64,000 bases of DNA from assembly GCA_016748015.1 (NCBI GenBank), contig JAAOMT010000261.1, forward strand, positions 322,733 through 386,732, read 5' to 3'. Every line of letters begins with the position of its first letter. The first letter of the stretch is position 1. The notes below the pieces were generated by a model. It did not search any database and had not been told where the DNA came from. It was given only the letters and a program-made list of their open reading frames with translations. Source of the stretch: Geosiphon pyriformis uo1 (Eukaryota; Fungi; Glomeromycota). Shown here piece by piece: positions 29,470 through 41,607 of the stretch. A program made the position numbers and the translations under genes.

Positions 29470-29531
29470 TTTGATGCTCCCTGTGAAATATAATTCTACA
29501 GAGAACCAGCACCAACAACAATCATCCAAAA

Positions 29532-32500
29532 GTGACAGAATCAGAAATTATAGGAGCAAACCATTTAGGATTCACCAAATTCTTGTTTCAATAGTACAGC
29601 CAACAATTAGAATTAAACAATAACCATTTTCTAGCAGAGTCAGCCTTTAACTTTTACATTAATGATAAAATCACAGACTGTTTAGGAAAAACAGTTAACA
29701 TTGAATCCACAAGAGAAAATTTCTATACAGAATTGTTTTAACATACCAGCTTACCAAGAAGCTACAGTTTCGCACCAATTATTAGGAAAATAAATCAAAT
29801 TATTAAAAGGTACATCCAACAATAATTCCCCATCACTTATGCAGACAAAAGCAAAGGAAGATTGCAAACACCAGCAATAACACCCAAAAAAATACAATCA
29901 TTCATTTGGAAGAAAAACAAAATTGAATCACCAACCAGTCTATTATACTACTATACACCAGGAAGTGCCATTAATATCTCTTCAGCAGATGCATCCACAT
30001 CAAATGTGACATCAACCTTTGGACAATTCTCATTTTAAAGTAAACAAAGAAGAGCAGAGTTGTTAGGACCATATAACAAATATTTTGAAGGATTTAAATT
30101 GTGATTACCAACACCATCAGAATTTCAATCACCACTACCTTAACCAGATTTCGAAACTGCAAGTCTGTGAGAAGTGACAGAATCAGAAGAAAAAGAAAGT
30201 GAAAAGCAGGAATTTACTTACCAAAACCCAATCTTAAGAAATCTGAAAATTGAAACTCTGAATTTTCAACCTCCTCAAAATTCAAACAATACAAATCCCA
30301 AAACAATTAATCAGCAAAACTTACTTCCAGTAATTGTCATTAATTAACCACCAATTGAACCGATTATTAAACCAATTCAACAGCAGCCATTTTAGCAACC
30401 TGTTCAACAGCTACTTTACTTATCTCAACAACTACAACAGCCACTTCAACAGCTGCAACAACAAGTTGTAGCACCAATAGTATATGCTTCTATCATCAAA
30501 TTAAAAAAATTTACTGGTAAAGAAAATAATGTCCAAGTCTGGCTTAACAACATTGTCAAAACAATCACTGTTAACAATTGGGATGATGTCAAAACACTAC
30601 AAACTATCTCATACTTTTTGCAAAATACTGCTAATTCATGATATTAAAGCTTGATCAATAAATCTGTCATTTTTGATGTGTTTAAAATAGAGTTTTTGAG
30701 ATATTTTAGCAATAATAATAGCATTAACCAATTGACCAACACTTTCACCACCATCAAACAAGAAAAAACTGAAGCAGTTACTACTTACTTAGGACGCTTC
30801 CACAGAAATCTGTGCTAAATTTAGATCATACAAGCTGATTATTTCATAGCGCCACAAATTCTAAATCAATTTATTAGAGGTCTGTGCAATAGTATTCTCC
30901 AATGTGTATGTCCAATGCATTCAACAGATCTTCAAGCCACAGTTACCAATGCCAAAGATTTCAAAGCAGCTGAACTTAAAGCCAATCACACCCAAGCCAT
31001 AAATCTAGTAATAAATAGATTATCTGATTTGGATTCCAAGTTGAAACAATTCAGTGACTCACTTAATCAGAAATTAGATGTGTACTTAGCTAACACCAAT
31101 CAAGCCATTTATCAATTTCCACAATGATGCAACAATTAAGGAAATGGAAATTACTTCCAAAATCAATCGCATCCAGCATTATCCTCAATCAATTAACAGT
31201 GGCAACAGAAAACACATGCATGCTACTATTGTGGTAAACAAGGACATTTACAGTTTGAATGCTGTAAATGGCTAAATAAACAATAATCAGACCATCAATA
31301 TTGAAACTCCAATCACCAACTACAAACTCAGAATTACGTCAGTAATTAATCATCAGAACAATATCAACATCAATTACATTACCCTTCAGTGATACAGCCA
31401 ATTTATCAAATCCCAATGACACAACAATTATACTTATCTCCAGTATATCAGGCTTCAGCATCAATCTATCAACCAACAACATTCATAATCTATCAATCAC
31501 CACAGCCACAAATAATCTATCAAATACCAACAATTTCAACCTCAAATTCAGCTCAGATAACATCAGGAAATCCCAGATTCAGAGTCACTTAAAACTGGAG
31601 ATTGGCAATGGTTGTTCACCAATTGATTCTCAGCTCCTCAAACTAGCCATTGAGATTACACCAGTGGAATTTAGGAACTGAATATATCCAAAACCTGAGT
31701 TCCCAGAACTATTTAAGTCTCCTAGTAACTCCAGAAGACATTGCATCTAACAACACAGAATCCAACCACAAACAAACACTCACTAACAACATATCTCCAG
31801 TCACCATTATCAACAATGAGTCACTTGCAGCTATCTTCCCATTTGAACTTGAGGAATCAATATCTATGCCTTTGTTCAGTGAAGTTGCACTTGAGGAAAA
31901 ACCAATTACTGCTATGTATACTGATGTCAAAGTTGATGGACACTCTATCAAGCTCATCCTTAATAGTGGGTCAGAAGGCAGCATTATCACACAACTTATG
32001 GATCAATTAGGTCATTGAGTTGATTGTACTGCCAGTGCCAGAATCATTACCACTGATGGAGTAACCAAAACTCCAATTGGTGAAATAGACAATTTTTTAT
32101 TTGAAGTCAATAACATCATAATACCAATCAAAATATTGGTAATGAAAGCAACTTAGTACCAAGCTCTCATTGGGAACAACTAGCTGTACAAAACCAATGC
32201 CATGCTTGACTGGAATATACAAAAACTGCAGCTCAGCTAAAATGGCCACCACACACATGTACCAGCCACCTATGGCCACTTCAAGACCACTGTTAATGAC
32301 AAGCCACTTATTGAATTAGAAAAAAAAGAAAGAAAACCTATCTGGAAAGCGTACCAAGTTTTCTGAACTAATACCGAAAACAATGAGCTACCACTAGTAC
32401 TTTCCTGGGACAACAAAAGAAAAGGAAAGGAAGAAGACACACTAGAAAAAGACACTACTGTAGAGAAAATAACCAGTGGTTGAAAAAGAGAGTACTCACA

Positions 32501-34595
32501 TAAGCTGATAAAAGAACCATTATATATTTCTCTAAAATATAAAAACTGTGGCAAAAGACTCTCTTCTATGGAAGCATGGATCATGCCAAATAAAGATCAT
32601 TGAATGAGAACTCATTATTATTGCAAGTCTTGCTACTGTGAACACTATGACTATCCAAAAAGCAAGTAGAACAACAAATTATGTCTTGCTTGCAGAGAAC
32701 AATTGCTTGACAAAAAAATGTAAAATAACATTTTTGGTCAAGGAGGAATATGTAATGCTTTGTGCTAATACACAATCCTTATCAGTAATTAGGTAAGTTG
32801 TAGTATGCCAATAACTGTTACCTGACACCAAGCAATCTTTTGCTTGAACAGTTATCTACATAATGAAGACAAAATCTGGAAAATAGCAAATGCCAAAGTT
32901 GAAGGAACCATGTCCAGTAAAATTTTAGAAATTAAAAACAACCCACCAGCACCAGTAGAAACGGTTTTTATTCCAAATTCTGACATTTTTTTTGACATTG
33001 AAACAAGTCCAGAAGAATTTCACAAGCACTATTAGAACCTAGCATCAACACAAGAAAAACAGGAACAATGGCTGGAAAAATTAAATACCAGACTATGCTA
33101 ATATTATTTAATTCTTAATGATTTTGAATATTGTGATAATTGTGACCTTATTTACAATCTACCACCATGCATGATCTACACAATTCCAGAAGAAAAAAGA
33201 CCAATCAGCAGTTGTGCATCAGAATTGAAATCAATTTTCAATCCTGATTCAAACTCTGACAATAATAACGACAAAAACAATGGTTCCAGCTCCATTCAAT
33301 ATAGCAACAAAAATAACAACAATTTAGACTCAGATTCAAACCCTGAAACATACATCACACTCCCTAATCTTACCAAAAAACAGGAACTCAAATGGTTCAG
33401 TAATAATAATAAAGATATTATGCCAAAATGTGCACATGATACTGATGCAAGATTTGATCTAAGATATCTGGAAAAAGATTCCATCAAATTGGAACTCCAT
33501 TTACGCACTTGCATTGATCTCAAAATAGCACTGGAAATTCCAGCAACAATAATAGTTTAGTTAACATCTAGGAGTAGTTTAGCCAAAAAGGGAATCAACA
33601 TTAAGGGAAGAATAATTGACACAGGATACATAGAAAATATTATTACTATGCTACAAAATGACTCAAAAAAGACATATATTATAGATCCAAATGAAAAGAT
33701 AGCACAGGCAATATTCCTGTCTCTGGTTAAAATAGCTCAGTTAGTATTAGTAGGAAACAGGGAAGAATTAAGAATAACAGCAAGAGGAATACAAGGATTT
33801 AGATCAACAGATAGAATAGATATACCTGTTAATATAGCAGAAGAAAAGATTATTGACAAGGGAAAAATTATTTCCATCTGTCAATCAATTTTCATTCCAT
33901 CATATGACTAGTATATGGTAATTATAAAGAGAAAAGTAAAGGATTAGGTTCAAATTTTTGAGGCAGAAGCAACACTTTGTAAATCAGGAGAGATTGGATT
34001 AGTTAATTTACACATACCAGCCAAGAACCACAGTCACATTAAAATTCCCATTTACAATAATACAAAAAATGTCATCAAAATACCAAAAGAAACTACTATT
34101 GGATACTTAACTACTGAAATTGAAGACCAATTGCCAAATACTATTTCAGACTTTCCACAACTGTGCAGATATGTAGATATTATATCTTAAATCATATATA
34201 AATAAGAAAAATGTTATCTGCTCCAACCAGAACAATTAGAACAGATGAACTTGGGAAATCTAGACCTATTACAACATATGCAACTCAAGATATTACTCAA
34301 CAATTTTAATGCCATCTTTGCCAGTAAAACAAATTTGGCAGAACTGACATAATTCAACACCAAATTAAGACTGGAGATACAATGCTAATCAAACAAAGAG
34401 CATACAAAATACTACCTGCCAATCATGAGATCATTCATTAAAAAATCAATCGAATGATTAACAATGGGTTAATTCAGCCATCAATGAGCCCATGATCATC
34501 ACCAGTAGTACTAGTCTGTAAGAAGAATAGAAAAATCCACTTTTGTGTGAATTATTGGAAATTGAATAAAGTAACCAAAAGAGATAGTTACCCAA
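29532..34595 (+). pseudogene. Element A gag-pol 5' part: N-terminal extension, capsid, CCHC knuckle, protease, Cys-rich domain, dUTPase, RT N-terminus
   Basis: KFTGKENNVQVWL (capsid start), CYYCGKQGHL, LILNSGSEGS, AHDTDARFDL...RGIQGFRST and SPVVLV..K...RDSYP, where it is broken by an insertion. Confidence 0.85.
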
Positions 34596-34604
34596 TGTTA
34601 CCAG

Positions 34605-35580
34605 TGTTACCAGTAGAATTTTAGCTATTAATTAGCATGAAATTACCCTTATAATTACTATAATTAATTAGTATATTAATATCATTTCAAATTATCATTT
34701 ATTATTTAATCAATTATTACATATCACAATTCAATTAAAATAATCTAATTAGTATAAAAGAAGTAGAATGATCAAATTACACAATACTCTGAACTTTATA
34801 ATATTCAAAAATTCGCCGAAATTTACAGAAATTCGCCGAAATTATAAATAGTTCACCCAAATTAATCAATAGTTCAGCGAAATAACTTGTAGTTCATCAA
34901 AATGTATCTTTAGTTTGCCAAAATTTGAGCAAAGAGAAAAAGTGCAAGTTCATAGACTAGTACTACAACAAGTTGTATAAAAGAAGAGCTTTTTTCTTCT
35001 GGAAAATGTATCTTACTTTAGATTTAACAATTAGAATCATCTTTTACATACAAAAACAAAAATAAATATCAAATAATTCGAAAAACCAAATTCTTTAAAT
35101 TATTACACTTGGAAAATTCTCAAAAACCCAACTAACATTTTGAAATTGATTAGCTACCAATTTCAATAAACTGTTAGTGACTCCAAGCCTGGATAGAAAA
35201 CGTTTCCCTTGATAAAATCCTATTTCTTTTACATTTTTTTTATTTTTATTTTTTTTTCTTATTACAATTATTAGGGTAGCCTATAGATGAGATTCCTGTA
35301 GAAGAGTTGACTTTCACAGCAAAAGTAACTACACATTTTAGTGAGCTTCCAGACAAGCAATTCCTGAAAAAGAGTTGACATTTACTACAATGTAACTATA
35401 CAAAATAACTGGCACAGAATTGGCCATTCTACTTATAAGCCCAGCAGTTCAAATTATAGAAGATAATTTGAAGAGAAAATTCAGTTACTGGAGGTTCAAC
35501 CACATCTAGAAAACGTGAATTCACAGCAAACAGATATCAACAACATTACAGAAAAGAGACCAAAAAAACCTCTGGTAACA
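34605..35580 (+). repeat. Element B 5' LTR (976 bp, 9-bp terminal inverted repeats TGTTACCAG/CTGGTAACA)
   Basis: Direct repeat of 43831 onward. TATAAAAG at 34976. Confidence 0.93.
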
Positions 35581-35582
35581 TT

Positions 35583-35599
35583 TGGTGCTCTCCCACGGA
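35583..35599 (+). promoter_or_regulatory. Primer-binding site TGGTGCTCTCCCACGGA
   Basis: Starts with TGG two nt after the LTR end. Same site in C (58504-58520) and D (53442-53458, minus strand). Confidence 0.85.
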
Positions 35600-35625
35600 A
35601 ATAACACAGCAACAACAAATTCAAA

Positions 35626-38600
35626 GTGGCGACCACACCAGAGACAGCAACTCTAAAGTATTACCAGTCAATTTACACCCACTGCAAGCAAAGATTCAAC
35701 ATTCCAGACAGAATTGAAGTTGTCAAGAAATCAGTATACCAATACATTGAAAACTGCATCAATAATTATCTTTTTGGAAACTACAATATTTCAAAAGTTA
35801 GAAGCAACCTTTACAATAATTTAGTGTACTATTCACAATTAGGAACAGAAGACCTGAACAGTGAAACACTTGCTACCTACTTCCAAGAACTTAATTTTAA
35901 CATTATTGAGTATTGTGAAGAAAAATACCCAGTACAGTCTAAATACTTTTTTGACTTTGAATCAAAGACAGAAACAAGCAACAAAGACAAACAAAGATTG
36001 AAGCAATACTCAAAAACCACTCCAAACACTCCAACACTACAAAAGACACCTGCCAAACACTTGCAAACACCTGAACAAGGAACTAGTATCAAATTACCAC
36101 TTTCTATTACACTATTTCCAATTTCACTTGTTCAACCACAAACACCAAATTCACTACTTAACCATTTCTCCAGACCAGAAGATTTTCAGTCACTTAGAAA
36201 TCCTACTCAACAACAGGAACCAATATCAACAAGTGCCAATATCATTGATTACTTACAAGAAAACGAAAGTAATCACTCAAAAAGCTTGGAAAGTGAAGAA
36301 ACTGAATCAGAACCAGAAGAAATTACAGAAAACAAAAAAGAAATGGCAACTGCTTACATTGCAAAAATCCCAGAATTCACTAGTGAAGACAATAATACCA
36401 GTCCTCAAGAATGGCTTGACAAGGTTTAAAAAGCAGGAGATGCAAATGGTTGGATTACAGCAAGAATGCTCAAAGCAATTTTCTACTTTCTCCAAGGAAC
36501 AGCAGAAGAATGGTTTGAAAACTTAGAAGAACCATTTAAAAACTGGCAAGCATTCAAAGATGCTTTTCTACAACAATTCACCAACAACAATACCTCTATC
36601 ACTCTCAGAAACCACTTTCACAATATCAAACAAGAAACATCTGAATCTGTTATGACTTATCTTGAAAGATTTAACAAACTTCTCAGATGAATCTGACAAT
36701 TGGAAACCAATAATTACTATTCTGATGCTCAAATTCTGGATCAGTTTATAGCAGAGTTAAAAAACAAACTGATTAAAAAAGTCTGTCCACATGCTCCAGC
36801 AGACTTAGCAACTGCTATTAGACATGCAAAGAGCTATGAAATGGCAATGGAAGAAGCAAATCACACCAAGCTTGTAAATTTTGCAATTAGAGAAACCAGC
36901 TCAGCAGCTGAAGAAAAAATAGACCAACTCACAAAGAAAGTTGAAAGCTATTTTACAAACCAACAACAACAGCAGCAACAATCACAAAGATATCAACCAC
37001 CACCACAATAATGCAACCAAAACAATTTTGGATCACCCTCCAACAACCAATCTCAAAATTGTTATTATTGTGGAATTCCAGGACACTGGAAACGAGATTG
37101 CAGAAAACTGCAAAGAGACCAACAAAACAGGAGTAATCAACGTTACTTTTCACTACAACAATCATATTACCAATCTCCACCACCAACCTATTATTTACCA
37201 AGACCACAAAATCAGAACAGTTACTATCCACCAGCTCCACAACTAATACAGCAACAATATCAGCAACTTTTACCAATTCAGTCATATCAGATACCATCCA
37301 CTCAACAATATCAAGTACCAGCAAGAAGATTGGTTCAACATAACCAATTCACACCCCAAAATCAATTGCAGAATAACCACAACAGAATCAATCCAAATAA
37401 CCAGTTGGTTCTTCAAAATTTGGGTCAGCAAAGATCCAATCACTATCACACTCAACCCAGTTATCTTACAATACCAGAGGAATCGGATTTTCAACAAACT
37501 GCACTTTCTGAAAATAAAGTTGCAGTGCCAAGATCAAACCCTTTCAACCACACCATTTCACCAGCTCAAATTGCCCAAAATGCCAATCTGTCAGATATAT
37601 TTCCATTTGAATTTGAAGCAAATGAATCACCATTTCTGCTTAGTAATACAGCAGTTAATAAACAGAAAGCAATTACTGCTATGTACACAGAAGCTACAGT
37701 GGAAGAAAAACTCATTCGCTTAATCTTAGATAATGAATCAGCTGGAAGTATCATCACTTACCAGCTGATGCAACAACTCAAACAAAATGTAAACAGACCA
37801 GTTCAAACAGTTATTGTTATAGCTGATGGTATGAAGAAGACTCCAGTATGAAAAATTGATGATTTCCTTTTTTTAATTAATGGAATTACCATTCCAGTTA
37901 AAGTTCTTGTTATAGATGCACCCCAATATCAAGCTCTAGTCGGAAATGATTGGCTTCTCAAGGCCAATGCAAACCTGAACTGGGAAACTCAAGAACTTAA
38001 AATCTCATACCAAGAACAATATACCATAGTACCTGCAACCTGTGATATCTTTAACAAACAATCAGAAAAAGCTCCAGTATTTGAATTTGAAGAGGAGAAA
38101 GAAATGCTACTTACTGAAACCTACATGGCTCTTGGATCAACATTCAATTGGGCTGAAGAAACCAAACAAGAGATTTTTGAAGAATCAAGAGAATGGAAGA
38201 AAGTTAGATATTCTATACCAGAATCACGGAAACAACCACCCTATATTCCATTCAAATGCAAAGATTGCAACAAAAAACTTTTATCAATGGGAGCATGTAT
38301 TTCTTCAGAAGAAGAATATGAAACTCGTACCTGTTACTTTTGCAAAGCATGCCATAGAGAACGATTTGGATCTCCAAAAAGAAGTGGAAAATAGGACAAC
38401 ACACCTTGCCTTACATGTGGAGAAATGCTACCAGAAGAATGCAATTGGATTAATGTAGCAATGAGAGGAGGAGTATGTGATCAAACCTGTCAATATGCTC
38501 TATCAATTTCGGAAAAAGTCAGAAGAGGAACACTATTTGATGCAGCATACAACAGTGCTCTCAATAAACTTTACTACTACCCTTATAATACTAAAATAAT

Positions 38601-41550
38601 TTTTGATCTAGCAATGGCATTGATCAATGGAGCCACCCAAAAAGATGTCCACCAAATGAAAAAAGCTGAATATATTGAGTATACCATGGAATTAGCTGGA
38701 TTTGATTATGAAGATGAAGTAGAAACCTACCACCAAATTGCAAGCCACATATATCTGACCAAAGAAGCTCAAATTTAATGATTAGAGCAAATGAACATTT
38801 AATTGTGTAAAGAATGTGTTATGTCTTGTGATGACCAATGGTGTTTAGAATGTTATGCTCTTAGCATTCCTCTGCCAGATGAGAATGATGAAAATAAAAT
38901 CGAATTTGGAGTATCTGAACTAGTAGAAGAACCACCAACCACTCCCATCTATCTTTTTGAAAAGCAACCACCTCTACAACTTAAATATTTTGACAACCAT
39001 GGCCAAGGAATCAGACCAGAAAAAGCACACGAAATTGATGCTGGATATGACCTAAGATACCCAGGAAAAGATACTTTGATTCTCCAACCAAAGTTTTTGA
39101 CAAAAATCAATCTCAAAATTGCTCTTGAAATTCCACCAGGAGCAATGGTTCAAATTGTTTCCAGATCATTATTGGCAAGCAAAGGAATCAATATTAGAGG
39201 AGAAGTTATAGATGCAGGATACACTGGAGACATTACTATTATGTTACAGAATAAAACAGACAAACCATTCAAAATTGAACATGCTGAAAAAATTGCTCAA
39301 GCAATTTACTTACCCTTAATCAACATTTCGGGTTTACAATCAGTAAACAACAGAGAACAATTGGGAAAAAGTAAAAGAGGAACTCAAGGTTTTGGTTCAA
39401 CTGGACAATTTACAGTTCCAGTAAATATAGCTCTTAATACACAAAATGAATCTCACCAGATTCTTTAACTTCCCCAACCAATTACCATTTCACTTTTTGG
39501 AGAACATCACGAAATTTACACTTGCTCAAAACCCACTACTACCCAACAAATCTTTGAATCCAATAAACAAATTTGTTTGAAGCATGAAATATCAATTCCA
39601 AATGTTTATATTCCCAAAGAAATGAAAAAATTTTGAGTTATATTCTACAACCCCAATAATTACCCTATTGTCTTATTAAACAAATTAGAAATTGGAATCA
39701 TACACAGCAATATCTTTCAAGATNNNNNNNNNNNNNNNNNNNNTGAATCTCACCAGATTCTTTAACTTCCCCAACCAATTACCATTTCACTTTTTGGAGA
39801 ACATCACGAAATTTACACTTGCTCAAAACCCACTACTACCCAACAAATCTTTGAATCCAATAAACAAATTTGTTTGAAGCATGAAATATCAATTCCAAAT
39901 GTTTATATTCCCAAAGAAATGAAAAAATTTTGAGTTATATTCTACAACCCCAATAATTACCCTATTGTCTTATTAAACAAATTAGAAATTGGAATCATAC
40001 ACAGCAATATCTTTCAAGATGAAAACCCTCAAATTGTCTCTAATTTCATCAAAATTGTAAAGCACACTCTACTCCCAAATCCAAATATTATTCCCACTAC
40101 TAAAAACTACCACTTTTTGGAAGAAAAACTCTTTCGAATCAACATGGGTCCCTTAGAACCTTAACAACAAAGACAATTGAAACAATTGATAGCTGAATTT
40201 GTAGATATATTTGCAAAAGACAACAATGACTTGGGAAAAACGAACATTGTTCAACATCAGATTCATACAGAAGATGCTCTACCAAAACGACAACAAACTT
40301 ATCGAGTACCACCTACCAGTTACCAATTCATCAGAGAAGAGATCCAAAGAATGCTCAATAATGGATTGATTCAACCATCAAGAAGTCCTTGGGCCTCACC
40401 AATAGTTTTAGTTAAAAAGAAAAACGGAAAAATCAGATTCTGTGTTGATTATAGACAACTGAATAGTGTTACAATTGGAGATGTCTACCTTTTTCCAAGA
40501 ATTGATGACATGCTAGATGCTCTAAGAAAAGCCAAGTTCTTCTCAACTTTAGACTTGGAAAGTGGATACTGGCAAGTCGAAATGGACTCAAAAGATAGAC
40601 CCAAAACAGCATTCACCACCCAAGGGGGAAACTATGAGTTTAATGTTATGCCTTTTGGACTCTACAATACACTAACAACATTCCAATGACTCATGGATGT
40701 TGTATATAAAGGACTCTTATGGCAATCAGTAGTTGTTTACCTTGATAACACTAATGTGTACTCACCAAGCTTTGAAGCCCATCTTATTCATCTGCGAGAA
40801 GTTTTTCAATGATTATGGAAAGCAGGATTAAAGTTGAACATTGAAAAATGTCACTTTAGAAAAACAAGCTTAATCTTTCTTGGGCACATTGTTAGCAAAG
40901 ATGGAGTCAAACCAAACCCTGAAACAATTAGTGCTGTCAAAAACTTCCAAACCCCAAAAAATATCACAGAGCTACGAGGATTTGTAGGATTAGTCTTCTA
41001 TTATTGAAAATTCATCAAAGGATTCTCAGAAATTGCCAAACCACTCAATTATCTCACCAATAAAAATGTGCCATACAAATGGACTGAAAAACAACAAAAA
41101 ACATTTGAAACCCTCAAAACAAAGCTGACAACAGCCCCAGTTCTTGCTTATCTGGACTTCAACAAACAATTTCAACTAGCCATTAATGCTTCACACATAG
41201 TATTTGGTGCCATTTTATCACAAGTAGATAAAAATAGGCAAGAACAAGTCATCACTTATGCTAGTAGAACACTCAAACCAACAAAACTAAAATACGGCTC
41301 AACTGAATTAGAAGCTGTTGCAGTTATTTGGGCTCTTAAACATTTTCAACAATATCTGAAGAATGGAAAAGAATTTGACATAATAACGGACAACATTGGT
41401 CTCAAATGGCTCAATAAAAAGAAAACTAAACAAAGTGCCAAACAGTCTCAATGGAATGACTTCCTAGCAGACTACAGATATATTGTACATTACAAACCAG
41501 GAAAACTACATACCAATGTTGATAGCCTCTCAAGAATAAGACAAGATTAA
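35626..41550 (+). pseudogene. Element B single-frame gag-PR-Cys-rich-dUTPase-RT-RNase H polyprotein (stop-interrupted)
   Basis: All ORF fragments (35626, 36466, 36700, 37330, 38104, 38425, 38803, 40177, 41068) are in one frame. Motifs: CYYCGIPGHWKRDC, LILDNESAGS, DAGYDL, GEVIDAGYTG, RGTQGFGSTG, SPWASPIVLV, LDLESGYWQ, MPFGL, YLDN and ends VDSLSRIRQD*. Confidence 0.9.
38980..39410 (+). other. dut: Trimeric dUTPase domain within the element B polyprotein
   Basis: Motifs I-V: AHEIDAGYDL, SRSLLA, GEVIDAGYTG, KIAQAI, RGTQGFGSTG. Equivalent domains in A (~33400-33810), D (~49630-50050) and C (~61880-62300). Confidence 0.9.
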
Positions 41551-41607
41551 TACCAACAACAATTCCACCACAACTTACCAACCTACCAACAAAATAACCA
41601 AACAAGA

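Noticed and set aside
34811-34930. Repeat-spacer pattern resembling a CRISPR array
   Set aside because: The repeats are only ~11 bp with ~10 bp spacers, lie inside a eukaryotic LTR and have no cas genes nearby.
35008-35200. ATG-initiated ORF within the B/C/D LTR (MYLTLDL...)
   Set aside because: The reading frame is not maintained between LTR copies (indels in A-runs, different stops); there is no evidence of coding constraint.
39447-40020. Perfect 277-bp tandem duplication (39447-39723 and 39744-40020)
   Set aside because: The identical copies flank a 20-N gap in a region where real repeats are heavily mutated; this is an unmerged contig overlap.
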